Source of the DNA: an uncultured bacterium
Lineage (GTDB): Bacteria; Margulisbacteria; WOR-1; CAVSGV01
DNA length: 32,000 bases
Direction: 5' to 3'
Assembly: GCA_963699255.1 (NCBI GenBank)
Contig: OY969425.1
Location: 300,001-332,000 of the forward strand
Part shown: positions 9,661-17,276 of the stretch, one piece after another
Layout: every line of letters starts with the position of its first letter
Numbering within the stretch: position 1 is the first letter of the stretch
Translations under genes and position numbers: made by a program
Notes under the pieces: generated by a model
What the model was told of the DNA's origin: nothing
What the model saw: only the letters and a program-made list of their open reading frames with translations
Databases searched by the model: none

Positions 9661-10143
9661 TTATTGTCCTTTTAATTTACCTATCGCATTGTCGACTGCT
9701 AGAAAAAAATCATCAATCTTCTTATTTCCCGCACTATATCCTAAACTAAATTCGTCTTCAGGAAATTCAATTGATATTTCGGCTCTTTTTTCTCCGTTTT
9801 CCACATTAAGAGATCTTTTAACGCCCCCAATTATATCTCTTAAATAAGTGGAATCAGATTTAATGTCTTGACCAGTATCAGCAATGGTAACTTTAATCAA
9901 TTTTGCCTTTGTTAGGATATACACAAGAATTCCTTCTGCCCCTTGCGATAAGGTAGCGGGAATAACAAGACATTCTGTCACAGTATCCCCATTAACTATC
10001 TTTGTAATAAATTCAGGGAAGGTGGTTTTATCAAGCCGACTAAGTAGGGTGTCATCATCATAACTATATACTTTATCCAATATGATTTGAATTTTATCTG
10101 CGCCTTCGGCTAATGGTTGAACTTTGCTTACATTGTCGTCCAT
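9661..10143 (-). CDS. Hypothetical soluble protein
   Basis: 160 aa ORF, same strand and tightly spaced with the next ORF; ends with an embedded SD (aaaagga) for that ORF. Confidence 0.6.
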   Translation of the reverse strand: MDDNVSKVQPLAEGADKIQIILDKVYSYDDDTLLSRLDKTTFPEFITKIVNGDTVTECLVIPATLSQGAEGILVYILTKAKLIKVTIADTGQDIKSDSTYLRDIIGGVKRSLNVENGEKRAEISIEFPEDEFSLGYSAGNKKIDDFFLAVDNAIGKLKGQ

Positions 10144-10369
10144 ATATGTTTTATATTACCTTTTTATAATATTGATGTCAATACTGCCTAGCCCTCATTT
10201 GTTGTGCCACTTAGACTTATTCTGTCCCTAATATACCTAAAATTATGTAGATCAGCGTTACCGCAATGGATAGCTCCATTTATACTCATTATAATGAATC
10301 GGACTAAACGGTATTTCAAGAATGCTTTGATCAATGATATAATAATAATTGATTTGAAGAAGTAATGAT

Positions 10370-11230
10370 ATGACAACACAAAAAAACCAGCAGTTGCGCG
10401 ATAAACTCGACAGCGTTGACAGCAGGGCAAACCAACCACGGCCAACTCAAGGACAAGCTAAGATGCTTCGCTATATAGAAGACCTTATCCGAAATAAACA
10501 ATTTAAGCGACTGATTAAAAGGTTAAGAAACCTGAGCAAACTTCGCACTATGCCTAAAGGTAACTATTATGACTGGACTCTTGAAGAACAAAAAAAACAT
10601 GATGGGATAAACAATGAGCTTCATTCAATCGCTCAAGGATATGAGGCTTTGCGTAAAAGATGCAAAAAGGTCTTGAGGAAAAAAGATTCTGTTGTGAGAG
10701 AAAAAATTGCGTCTGATTACGGGTTAGATAATGATTTAATAAACCACGCCTTGGCCTTACTTGGAAAGAATGAGGAAACCATAAAATGGTCAAAAAAGGA
10801 AATTGATCCTGATATGTGCAAATTGATTGATTTGTATGAAGAAGAAATGAGCCCTCTCAATAAAGGGGAAGAGATTATATATCTAAACCTTGTCCGACAG
10901 CTCCTAATTACAGCATATCCCGTTGCTATCGCCATTCACCCAAGAGCCTCAAAAAGAGATGTTTTAGATTATATTGAGAAGCGATGGAAATGGATTGACG
11001 CAAAACAATGGATGTTTAACCAAAAAGGTGCACTTAAAATCAAGAAAAGAAAGCATAGCCAAGAAATGATCGATTTTATATGGGCAAATCGTTCTTTGCC
11101 AGCAAAGCAAATTGAGAAAAAGCTCAATAAAAAGTTTCCAAATAATGAGCTTGTCTACTACGAAATAAGCAAGATAATCCAAATTGAAAAGCAAAGACGC
11201 TTCAAAGACTTAACTGCTACCGAAAAATAA
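10370..11230 (+). CDS. Hypothetical Lys/Arg-rich protein
   Basis: 286 aa ORF, strongly basic; C-terminus LPAKQIEKKLNKKFPNNELVYYEISKIIQ could be helix-turn-helix-like. Confidence 0.6.
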   Translation: MTTQKNQQLRDKLDSVDSRANQPRPTQGQAKMLRYIEDLIRNKQFKRLIKRLRNLSKLRTMPKGNYYDWTLEEQKKHDGINNELHSIAQGYEALRKRCKKVLRKKDSVVREKIASDYGLDNDLINHALALLGKNEETIKWSKKEIDPDMCKLIDLYEEEMSPLNKGEEIIYLNLVRQLLITAYPVAIAIHPRASKRDVLDYIEKRWKWIDAKQWMFNQKGALKIKKRKHSQEMIDFIWANRSLPAKQIEKKLNKKFPNNELVYYEISKIIQIEKQRRFKDLTATEK

Positions 11231-11263
11231 CGTGGGTCGGTAACTTCTTATCTAATTATTCTG

Positions 11264-11304
11264 CAAGCAGGTAACCTTATGGCATAACCATTAAAGGTTG
11301 CTTG
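11264..11304 (+). promoter_or_regulatory. Hairpin overlapping the Shine-Dalgarno of the downstream gene
   Basis: CAAGCA-ggta-ACCT-t-ATGG-cataa-CCAT-taa-AGGT-TGCTTG; the AAAGG SD is in the 3' strand of the stem, 2 nt before the ATG at 11307. Confidence 0.6.
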
Positions 11305-11306
11305 TT

Positions 11307-11576
11307 ATGCAAGACACAAATAAAGATCAACAAAACAAGAATCTTCAAATAAAGGATTGCTCCTCCGAAGCCCGACGGAATCTTGTCGGCTTCTTTGGGT
11401 TGCCTATTACAGACGATAAACAAACGACACATGACATGGACATCAGTAATTTATCTTTTAGTGATGAAGAGATTAAAAGGATTGCTGATGTCCTCGCTAT
11501 TTTAATTAAAGTCGACCAAAGAATAAAGGGAACAAAAAGGGAGGTGAACATAAATGAAGGAAATATTAAAGCTTGA
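11307..11576 (+). CDS. Hypothetical protein of the mobile element
   Basis: MQDTNKDQQNKNLQIKDCSSEARRNLVGFFGLP...; ATG at 11307 preferred over the upstream TTG at 11298, which lies in the hairpin. Confidence 0.5.
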   Translation: MQDTNKDQQNKNLQIKDCSSEARRNLVGFFGLPITDDKQTTHDMDISNLSFSDEEIKRIADVLAILIKVDQRIKGTKREVNINEGNIKA

Positions 11577-11688
11577 AAAAGCATTGCGTGAAATTTTTGC
11601 AAAGAATTATAAAGAAGAGTTATCTAGACGGGTTAAGAAAGGACTTGAAGAAGCAAAAAAGCGAAAAAATGAAACCAATAATAAGTGA
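11554..11688 (+). CDS. Small basic hypothetical protein (44 aa)
   Basis: ATG 11554 after a gggaggtg SD; MKEILKLEKALREIFAKNYKEELSRRVKKGLEEAKKRKNETNNK; overlaps both neighbouring genes. Confidence 0.5.
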   Translation: MKEILKLEKALREIFAKNYKEELSRRVKKGLEEAKKRKNETNNK

Positions 11689-11965
11689 GATACAAATAAC
11701 GCCGATCAAGGCAAAAGACGGGCTGATTGCTATTGCCAGCTTTGTCTATAACGAGGATTTTTATATGGGGTCAATCGGGATATACACAAGGCCGCAGGCC
11801 GGATACCGATTGACCTACCCCACCCGTAAGACCGCTAACGGTAGTTTCAATCTTTTCCATCCGATTAACAAAACCATTGCGGATGAAATTGAGAAAGCAG
11901 TAATCAGCAAATTTGAAGAGGTAATGAATCTGTATGATAGACACAATAGTATTAACACTGAGTAA
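11669..11965 (+). CDS. SpoVG-like protein
   Basis: From ATG 11669: MKPIISEIQITPIKAKDGLIAIASFVYNEDFYMGSIGIYTRP...GYRLTYPTRKTANGSFNLFHPINKTIADEIEKAVISKFEEV, matching the SpoVG pattern (ITDVR...AIASI...F.V.DI.V...L....PS.R..DG.F.D..HPI......I..A....Y). Confidence 0.65.
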   Translation: MKPIISEIQITPIKAKDGLIAIASFVYNEDFYMGSIGIYTRPQAGYRLTYPTRKTANGSFNLFHPINKTIADEIEKAVISKFEEVMNLYDRHNSINTE

Positions 11966-13103
11966 AGATATGTTTTATATAACCGAACCGGATAAATTTA
12001 CGCCATCGGCTCGCTGGCTTGATGCTAACACAAGCCTATCGGGAAGCCGTGCCTATATCACTTCCAAGCAAAACCCGATAAAAACCGAATTGCTTGACGG
12101 CCTTTATAAGCCCCGCCTTACTTTAACCAACCGTTTTAACCATACTGGAAGCTTTGAAGCTTCATTAAAAATCGAGCTATCCTTACCCAAACTTCTATAT
12201 GGAAATAACTTTGATGAATTGAAAGATTCCGATTTTGAATCGGTCTCAAACAAATTACAGGAACGGCTACAAGAAATGGGCGTTCATGTTTTTAAGCATT
12301 TACTTATCAAAGCCCTTGTTTCAGCGGTGCATTATTCAAAAAACATACCGCTTACCGACGGGACAACACCTTATCACTTCATAAAGAAAATTCGAGAAGC
12401 CAATATCACTCAAGCCCTCGATGCTAACCAAACCGATTTCCGCAATGATGGCCATAGTTTTAAGTGGCATTGCAATTCTTATGAAGTCGCATTTTATGAC
12501 AAGATCAAAGACCTTGAATTTTCAAAGAAAAGCACAAAACGGGCAATAGAAAAAGATAATATTATGCAACTGGGGCTTTTTGATGCTTTGCAAAAAAGAA
12601 AACCCTTTGAGGTCTTGAGGATGGAAGTAAGGCTAAATAAACGGCAAAAAATAAGCCAGGTTTTCAAAAGGCTTGGGATTGACAGCGAGGTAACCTTTCA
12701 AAGTGTTTTTGATTCCAAAAAATCTCAATTAGTCTTATCGTATTATCTTGTCGAAGTCGAGAAGCAAAGGTCAGCCCTATTGGATCGGACATATAACGAT
12801 CCCCAAACATTATTAGCTGATATTGTCATAAGCAATCCAAAACTGAAAGCAAGACAGGCATTACAGGTGTTTGGATTAAAGCAGGCGTTTGATAAAATCG
12901 GGATGCGGGAGCTAAGGAAGATACTTAACAGATTAAGCGATCGATCTTGGTATCGTTTAGTTAATACTATCAAGCAAGTGAAGCTTGCGAAAAAGAATGA
13001 CACTTTCGGGGTTATCCGCAAACATCTATTATCTTTTGAACCCCTAAAGTTAGCTAATTTTCAAAATGCCATCGAAGATAGAAAGGGCTTGAACAGCGTA
13101 TGA
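11934..13103 (+). CDS. Rolling-circle-type replication initiation protein, gene II/X (Phage_CRI) like
   Basis: Starts MIDTIVLTL; TGSFEASLKIELSLPKLLYGNNFDEL resembles the SLPKLL.GNN motif of filamentous phage gene II/X and related plasmid Rep proteins. Confidence 0.65.
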   Translation: MIDTIVLTLSKDMFYITEPDKFTPSARWLDANTSLSGSRAYITSKQNPIKTELLDGLYKPRLTLTNRFNHTGSFEASLKIELSLPKLLYGNNFDELKDSDFESVSNKLQERLQEMGVHVFKHLLIKALVSAVHYSKNIPLTDGTTPYHFIKKIREANITQALDANQTDFRNDGHSFKWHCNSYEVAFYDKIKDLEFSKKSTKRAIEKDNIMQLGLFDALQKRKPFEVLRMEVRLNKRQKISQVFKRLGIDSEVTFQSVFDSKKSQLVLSYYLVEVEKQRSALLDRTYNDPQTLLADIVISNPKLKARQALQVFGLKQAFDKIGMRELRKILNRLSDRSWYRLVNTIKQVKLAKKNDTFGVIRKHLLSFEPLKLANFQNAIEDRKGLNSV

Positions 13104-13510
13104 ACAGCGAGAAAAGGCATAATGCCACAGACACAGGGCAAACGAGGCTCACAGGGGCTATTATCACGCATTATAGGCCCTTATGGCGGATTACTGATGA
13201 TGCCTATGACAGGTATTATCAATCCTTCAGGGATAAGATAGCCGAAATTGATGCGAGGTTAGCACTACTTCAAGATGCCGAAGATAATTACTATATCACT
13301 GTAAAATACTTGCTAGATGTGGCTAAACGGGCAAACGATCTATTTGTCCGTTCGGAAGTTGAGGAAAAACGACAGATCATCAAGCTTATACTTCCGAACC
13401 TTAGGATGGATGGCAATACTTTGCGATATGAAGCACAAAAACCGTTTGATTTTCTACTCGCTTATGCGGATAGTAAAGGAAAGCTCCCCCGAGAGGACTC
13501 GAACCTCTAA
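13100..13510 (+). CDS. Serine site-specific recombinase, C-terminal domain only
   Basis: ITDDAYDRYYQSFRDKIAEIDARLALLQDAEDNYYITVKYLLDVAKRANDLFVRSEVEEKRQIIKLILPNLRMDGNTLRYEAQKPFDFLLAYADSKGKLPREDSNL resembles the end of zinc-ribbon/coiled-coil serine recombinases; ATGA overlap with rep; last codons lie in the tRNA. Confidence 0.7.
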   Translation: MNSEKRHNATDTGQTRLTGAIITHYRPLWRITDDAYDRYYQSFRDKIAEIDARLALLQDAEDNYYITVKYLLDVAKRANDLFVRSEVEEKRQIIKLILPNLRMDGNTLRYEAQKPFDFLLAYADSKGKLPREDSNL

Positions 13511-13793
13511 CCAATCGGTTACAAGAACCTCAAAATTACTTTTGAGCTTGGACTATCTCATCACCCTTATTAACGGTCTAAAGGGGTCGGGCGCTGATGA
13601 GGTTTATTGGTTGGGATCCTCACCCTCTAGTCTCTGCACGTTACCGCCTACTTTAAACCCTTCGGCGATCTTCGCTCAGGATTATCCTTAGACAACCTAA
13701 GGACTTCCCTGAATTCACCCGATTTTTCAACCCCGGTTACCCGGGGAAGCTGCCACTTGACAGCCGATTGCTCTACCATTGAGCTACAGGGGA
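13484..13793 (-). tRNA. tRNA-Asn(GUU) interrupted in the anticodon loop by a group I intron
   Basis: 5' exon 13760-13793 TCCCCTGTAGCTCAATGGTAGAGCAATCGGCTGT joined to 3' exon 13484-13521 TAACCGATTGGTTAGAGGTTCGAGTCCTCTCGGGGGAG. Acceptor TCCCCTG/CGGGGGA, D stem GCTC/GAGC, anticodon stem ATCGG/CCGAT with loop CTGTTAA, T arm AGAGG-TTCGAGT-CCTCT. Confidence 0.92.
13522..13759 (-). ncRNA. Group I intron (self-splicing candidate, no internal ORF)
   Basis: 5' exon ends GGCUGU, pairing with intron GCAGCU (P1, U.G at the splice site); P2 CCCCGG-GUAA-CCGGGG; CCUUAG/CUAAGG hairpin; conserved-type AAUCCUGAGCGAAGA, GUGCAGAGACUA and GAGAUAGUCC elements (P7 GACUA/UAGUC); intron ends in G. Confidence 0.92.
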
Positions 13794-13836
13794 GCGCCAA
13801 TGGATATGGTCATTCTATCAAGAAATGATTATTTGT

Positions 13837-14142
13837 CTACTTTGAGATAAAGCCCGCATGTAATTCACGGTGACAGTTTGCGCACAACAATTTACACTTA
13901 TTAAGTTCATTTTTTACTTTTTCCTAACTACGAGTGTAACCTTTTGCTGATATCCCGAAATCCTTCTTCGTGTCATCAAGATGATGGAATTCCAATGCAT
14001 CAGGGCATTTAGAATATCCGCAGTTCTCGCAAAAGCCACCTTTTAACTCAATTGCTTTTACCCGCAAATTCCTTCTTTTCTTTTTGACCGCTTCTATCAG
14101 ATACTTGCGTCTGTCCTTATATGTTCTTGTATCTTTATTCAT
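13837..14142 (-). pseudogene. HNH endonuclease-like gene with in-frame amber codon (13924-13926)
   Basis: MNKDTRTYKDRRKYLIEAVKKKRRNLRVKAIELKGGFCENCGYSKCPDALEFHHLDDTKKDFGISAKGYTRS-[TAG]-EKVKNELNKCKLLCANCHRELHAGFISK; the second CxxC and HREL.HA half are in the same frame after the stop. Confidence 0.75.
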
Positions 14143-14236
14143 ATAATGAAGTATATCAAATTAGCTCAAAGCTTTATAGGGTTCAGATAAACAGGTTGCG
14201 AAACTTGTCCAGCCGGGGAGGAATTTTTTTGTTTCT

Positions 14237-14539
14237 TTAGGTTATGCTCTTGGTCGGATCGTTGAAAATGAGGAATCTTTTCATCGCTTCCTCTTTGGGG
14301 TCGCTCAATATATTCGTGCTTTGAGCCATCATCGCCGTATCGAGAAGGTTCTTCGCCTTCTTTGTTTCACCTGATTTTGTCAATTGATCATTTTCGGCGA
14401 TTATTTCGCTGCTTTTGGTGTCCATCTTATTCTGCACAATCCTGTTTTTTCTCAGGCTGTCACTTACAGCATTATTAAGATTCTGAGCAAGCTTGTTTAT
14501 GTCTTGTATATCCATTTGATTATACCCCCATCCATACAT
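14237..14539 (-). CDS. Hypothetical protein
   Basis: 100 aa ORF; no family recognised. Confidence 0.45.
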   Translation of the reverse strand: MYGWGYNQMDIQDINKLAQNLNNAVSDSLRKNRIVQNKMDTKSSEIIAENDQLTKSGETKKAKNLLDTAMMAQSTNILSDPKEEAMKRFLIFNDPTKSIT

Positions 14540-14670
14540 ATATTCGTATCAAGGCAAGGAATTCTTGCATCTATTTTCCAACTTTCAGGATGCTTCTTGA
14601 AGAATCCCGGGGTTATTGTTAAACTCTTCTGTGGGAAAGGGACTCTGACCTTTGAAAGGAAATATTTAGT

Positions 14671-16260
14671 TTGAGAGGATTGTTAGACCGGATATTAAGC
14701 GGCGACCTCTTTAAGATAAAGAAATTAAGCGCCATCATTAAGGACAGCGAGAACCCCGATAAAAAGCTGAAGAAAGTACTGGGCGCGTTCGACCTTATCA
14801 TACTCGGGATCGGCGTGATAATAGGCGCCGGCATTTTCGCAACGGTCGGAACGGCTGCGGCGGGGGATTCCATGAGGCCCGGAGCCGGGCCGGCGCTTAT
14901 CCTTTCATTCGCGATTACCGCGGTCGTGTGCGGGTTCGCCGCCCTGTGTTACGCGGAACTCGCTTCCATCGTTCCCATCTCCGGAAGCGCTTATACATAT
15001 TCATATGCCACGTTCGGCGAGATCATCGCCTGGGTGATCGGCTGGGACCTGATGCTGGAATATATCGTCGGCAGCATCGCCGTTTCAATAAGCTGGTCGG
15101 GATATTTTCAGAGCCTGCTAAGGGGCTTCGGCATGAATCTTCCCGCGTGGTTGTCCATAGATTTCAGGTCGGCAATGAACGGTTTCAACAAGGCGTCGTC
15201 GATACTGGCCGGCGGAAAAACCTTTGATAAATTGAACTCAGGCCTTCAATTCGCTTATAATGCCGTCTGTGGAGCTCCTCACATCTTCGGAGTGCCGGTC
15301 ATTTTCAACATGCCTGCTGTCGTTATCGTTCTGCTGCTCACGGCGCTACTTGTTAAAGGGATAAAGGAGAGCGCGCGTTTCAACACCGTCATAGTTCTGG
15401 TGAAACTCCTTGTGCTGGGATTTTTCATAGCTGTGGGCGCGTTCTTCGTTAAGCCGCACAACTGGATCCCGTTCGCCCCGAACGGTTTTGCCGGGATAAA
15501 GGCCGGCGCCGCGATCGCGTTCTTCGCTTACATCGGGTTTGACGCCGTCTCGACCGCGGCCGAGGAAACGAGGGAACCGGAGCGCAACATGCCGATAGGA
15601 ATAATCGGGTCACTTGTTATCTGCACCCTGATATACATGGCGGTTGCCGCTGTGTTCACCGGGATCATGCCTTTTTCAATGCTCACCGGCTCTATGGCGC
15701 ATCAGAAGGCGGAGCCGTTGGCGCTGGCTATGTCATACATCAATTTGGATTGGGCTGCCGGAATAGTGGCTGTGGGCGCGGTGCTTGCCCAGATAGCGGT
15801 CCTTCTTGTGCTTCTGATGGGGCAGGCGAGGATATTCTTTTCCATGGCGCGCGACGGACTTCTGCCTCCCGTTTTCTCAAGTGTCCACAAGATATTCAAG
15901 ACGCCTTACGTTACGACCATTCTGACCGGATCGATAGTTGCCCTGTTCGCCGCGTTCACAAACATTGAGGAGATGGTTGACCTGACGAATATCGGGACGC
16001 TTTTTGCTTTCGTGCTGGTCTGCCTTGGTGTCATAATTTTGCGCGCGAAAGAGCCGGACGTGAAAAGGGGCTTCACGGTGCCGCTCTGCCCCTGGATACC
16101 ACTGCTGGGCGCCGCGGCCTGCTTATTCCTTATGACAGGCCTTCCCCCTATAACGTGGTACAGATTCGTCATCTGGCTTATTATCGGCCTCGTCATCTAT
16201 TTCTCATACAGCTACAGTCACAGCCTTCTGCGTAAAAAAGCGAGCGTTGACCCGACTTAA
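14671..16260 (+). CDS. APC-superfamily amino acid permease (cationic amino acid transporter-like)
   Basis: LGAFDLIILGIGVIIGAGIFATVGTAA..., SGSAYTYSYATFGE, AFFAYIGFDAVSTAAEETREPERNMPIGI; TTG start after aaagga. Confidence 0.92.
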   Translation: MRGLLDRILSGDLFKIKKLSAIIKDSENPDKKLKKVLGAFDLIILGIGVIIGAGIFATVGTAAAGDSMRPGAGPALILSFAITAVVCGFAALCYAELASIVPISGSAYTYSYATFGEIIAWVIGWDLMLEYIVGSIAVSISWSGYFQSLLRGFGMNLPAWLSIDFRSAMNGFNKASSILAGGKTFDKLNSGLQFAYNAVCGAPHIFGVPVIFNMPAVVIVLLLTALLVKGIKESARFNTVIVLVKLLVLGFFIAVGAFFVKPHNWIPFAPNGFAGIKAGAAIAFFAYIGFDAVSTAAEETREPERNMPIGIIGSLVICTLIYMAVAAVFTGIMPFSMLTGSMAHQKAEPLALAMSYINLDWAAGIVAVGAVLAQIAVLLVLLMGQARIFFSMARDGLLPPVFSSVHKIFKTPYVTTILTGSIVALFAAFTNIEEMVDLTNIGTLFAFVLVCLGVIILRAKEPDVKRGFTVPLCPWIPLLGAAACLFLMTGLPPITWYRFVIWLIIGLVIYFSYSYSHSLLRKKASVDPT

Positions 16261-16267
16261 ATTCAGG

Positions 16268-16295
16268 TTGCAGACGACCGGTTTTGTGCTATAAT
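16268..16295 (+). promoter_or_regulatory. Sigma70-like promoter
   Basis: TTGCAG - 16 nt - TATAAT, 21 nt before the ATG at 16317. Confidence 0.5.
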
Positions 16296-16316
16296 GAATT
16301 TGCTTTGAGGTTTACA

Positions 16317-16793
16317 ATGCGTTCAAGAATAACATTAGCTTGTGTATTATTGGCGTTTTCGCTCTTCCTGGTGGGTTGCCAGACCACTCTCGTGGTTCAT
16401 AAGGCGTCCGCTCCAAAGATCATACAGATATTCAAAGATTATGCGGGCATGCACGGGTACGCGATAACATTCCAGAACGATGATACGGGTTCGTATCATC
16501 TGAGCATGGGAAGTGTTTTCGTGCCGTATACCAGCTCCACGCAAAAATCCCAGTCGATCATCCAAAATAATCCTCCGGCGGGATCGAACCAGGCCATGAC
16601 CGCTTATGAGCAGACTTCATGGAACACCGTGGCAAATCCTTCGCATTATGAGGAAGCTACGGCGGCGGTCAGCATTATTCAGCAGGACAGCGACGTGCAG
16701 ATCCTTATCGATACGAACGATGCCGGCGGTTCGGCCCTTAATGACATGAAAGATTATCTCCAGAGCCTCGGCTACAGCGTCGATAACAAGTGA
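16317..16793 (+). CDS. Putative lipoprotein
   Basis: MRSRITLACVLLAFSLFLVGC lipobox-like N-terminus. Confidence 0.7.
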   Translation: MRSRITLACVLLAFSLFLVGCQTTLVVHKASAPKIIQIFKDYAGMHGYAITFQNDDTGSYHLSMGSVFVPYTSSTQKSQSIIQNNPPAGSNQAMTAYEQTSWNTVANPSHYEEATAAVSIIQQDSDVQILIDTNDAGGSALNDMKDYLQSLGYSVDNK

Positions 16794-16808
16794 AAAGAGG
16801 GGAATCTT

Positions 16809-17273
16809 ATGAGATCTAGAACTGCTTTTATTATGATAGTTTGTTTCGCTATCGCATGCACAGCTGCGAGCGGCGAGGTCCGCCTGTATCGTCAGTTCAA
16901 GGATGTCTCGATCAAAGAGAACGGCAGGGTCGTTCAGTCCGTCGACGCAAAGAACCTATTTGAATGTACTTATGATCTGGACCTGCAGCACAACACCATC
17001 ACCCGTACGAAAATAAGGCGCCTTGATGACCCCGTCGGGCGCAAAGATGATGACGTTTACATAATAAAAGCAAAACAGCGCCTGCTGCCGAGCGAAGCGG
17101 GCAACGGCGGAAATGTGTATGTTGCCGTCGAAAAGGACGGGCACGAGATACTGGAGCTGGGCCATCGTTATGCTTTTACCACGCGGACCAGCCCGTTCTC
17201 ACAGGTGATCTCCGGGGTTTATAAGAGAGTGTACGATAAAGACCATGTCAGGCAGTGGCCCAGGAAAAAATAG
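16809..17273 (+). CDS. Putative secreted protein
   Basis: Signal peptide MRSRTAFIMIVCFAIACTAASG. Confidence 0.65.
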   Translation: MRSRTAFIMIVCFAIACTAASGEVRLYRQFKDVSIKENGRVVQSVDAKNLFECTYDLDLQHNTITRTKIRRLDDPVGRKDDDVYIIKAKQRLLPSEAGNGGNVYVAVEKDGHEILELGHRYAFTTRTSPFSQVISGVYKRVYDKDHVRQWPRKK

Positions 17274-17276
17274 TAG

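Larger units (their letters stand above)
9218..13490. mobile_element. Integrated plasmid/phage-like element at the 3' side of an intron-containing tRNA-Asn gene (boundaries approximate)
   Basis: AT-rich block with Phage_CRI-like Rep, SpoVG-like protein, serine recombinase C-terminal fragment and uncharacterised ORFs; ends in the tRNA 3' half. GCTCCCCC..AG..GAC is present at both proposed ends (9218 and 13483). Confidence 0.6.

Noticed and set aside
11573-11668. Extended N-terminus of the SpoVG-like ORF (MKKHCVKFLQRI...)
   Set aside because: This part overlaps a better-supported 44-aa ORF in another frame with its own SD; SpoVG similarity begins at ATG 11669.
9218-13490. Complete inovirus (filamentous phage) prophage
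   Set aside because: The Rep is gene II-like, but no Zot/gpI ATPase, major coat protein or string of small TM structural proteins is visible.
13760-13793. Apparent tRNA gene truncated after the anticodon by element insertion
   Set aside because: The missing 3' half is 238 nt away in the right orientation and the intervening sequence has group I intron structure, so it is a split, not a truncated, tRNA.
13924-13926. Genome-wide amber recoding inferred from the HNH in-frame TAG
   Set aside because: Other genes in the window show no internal TAG codons at conserved positions; a single nonsense mutation is the simpler explanation.
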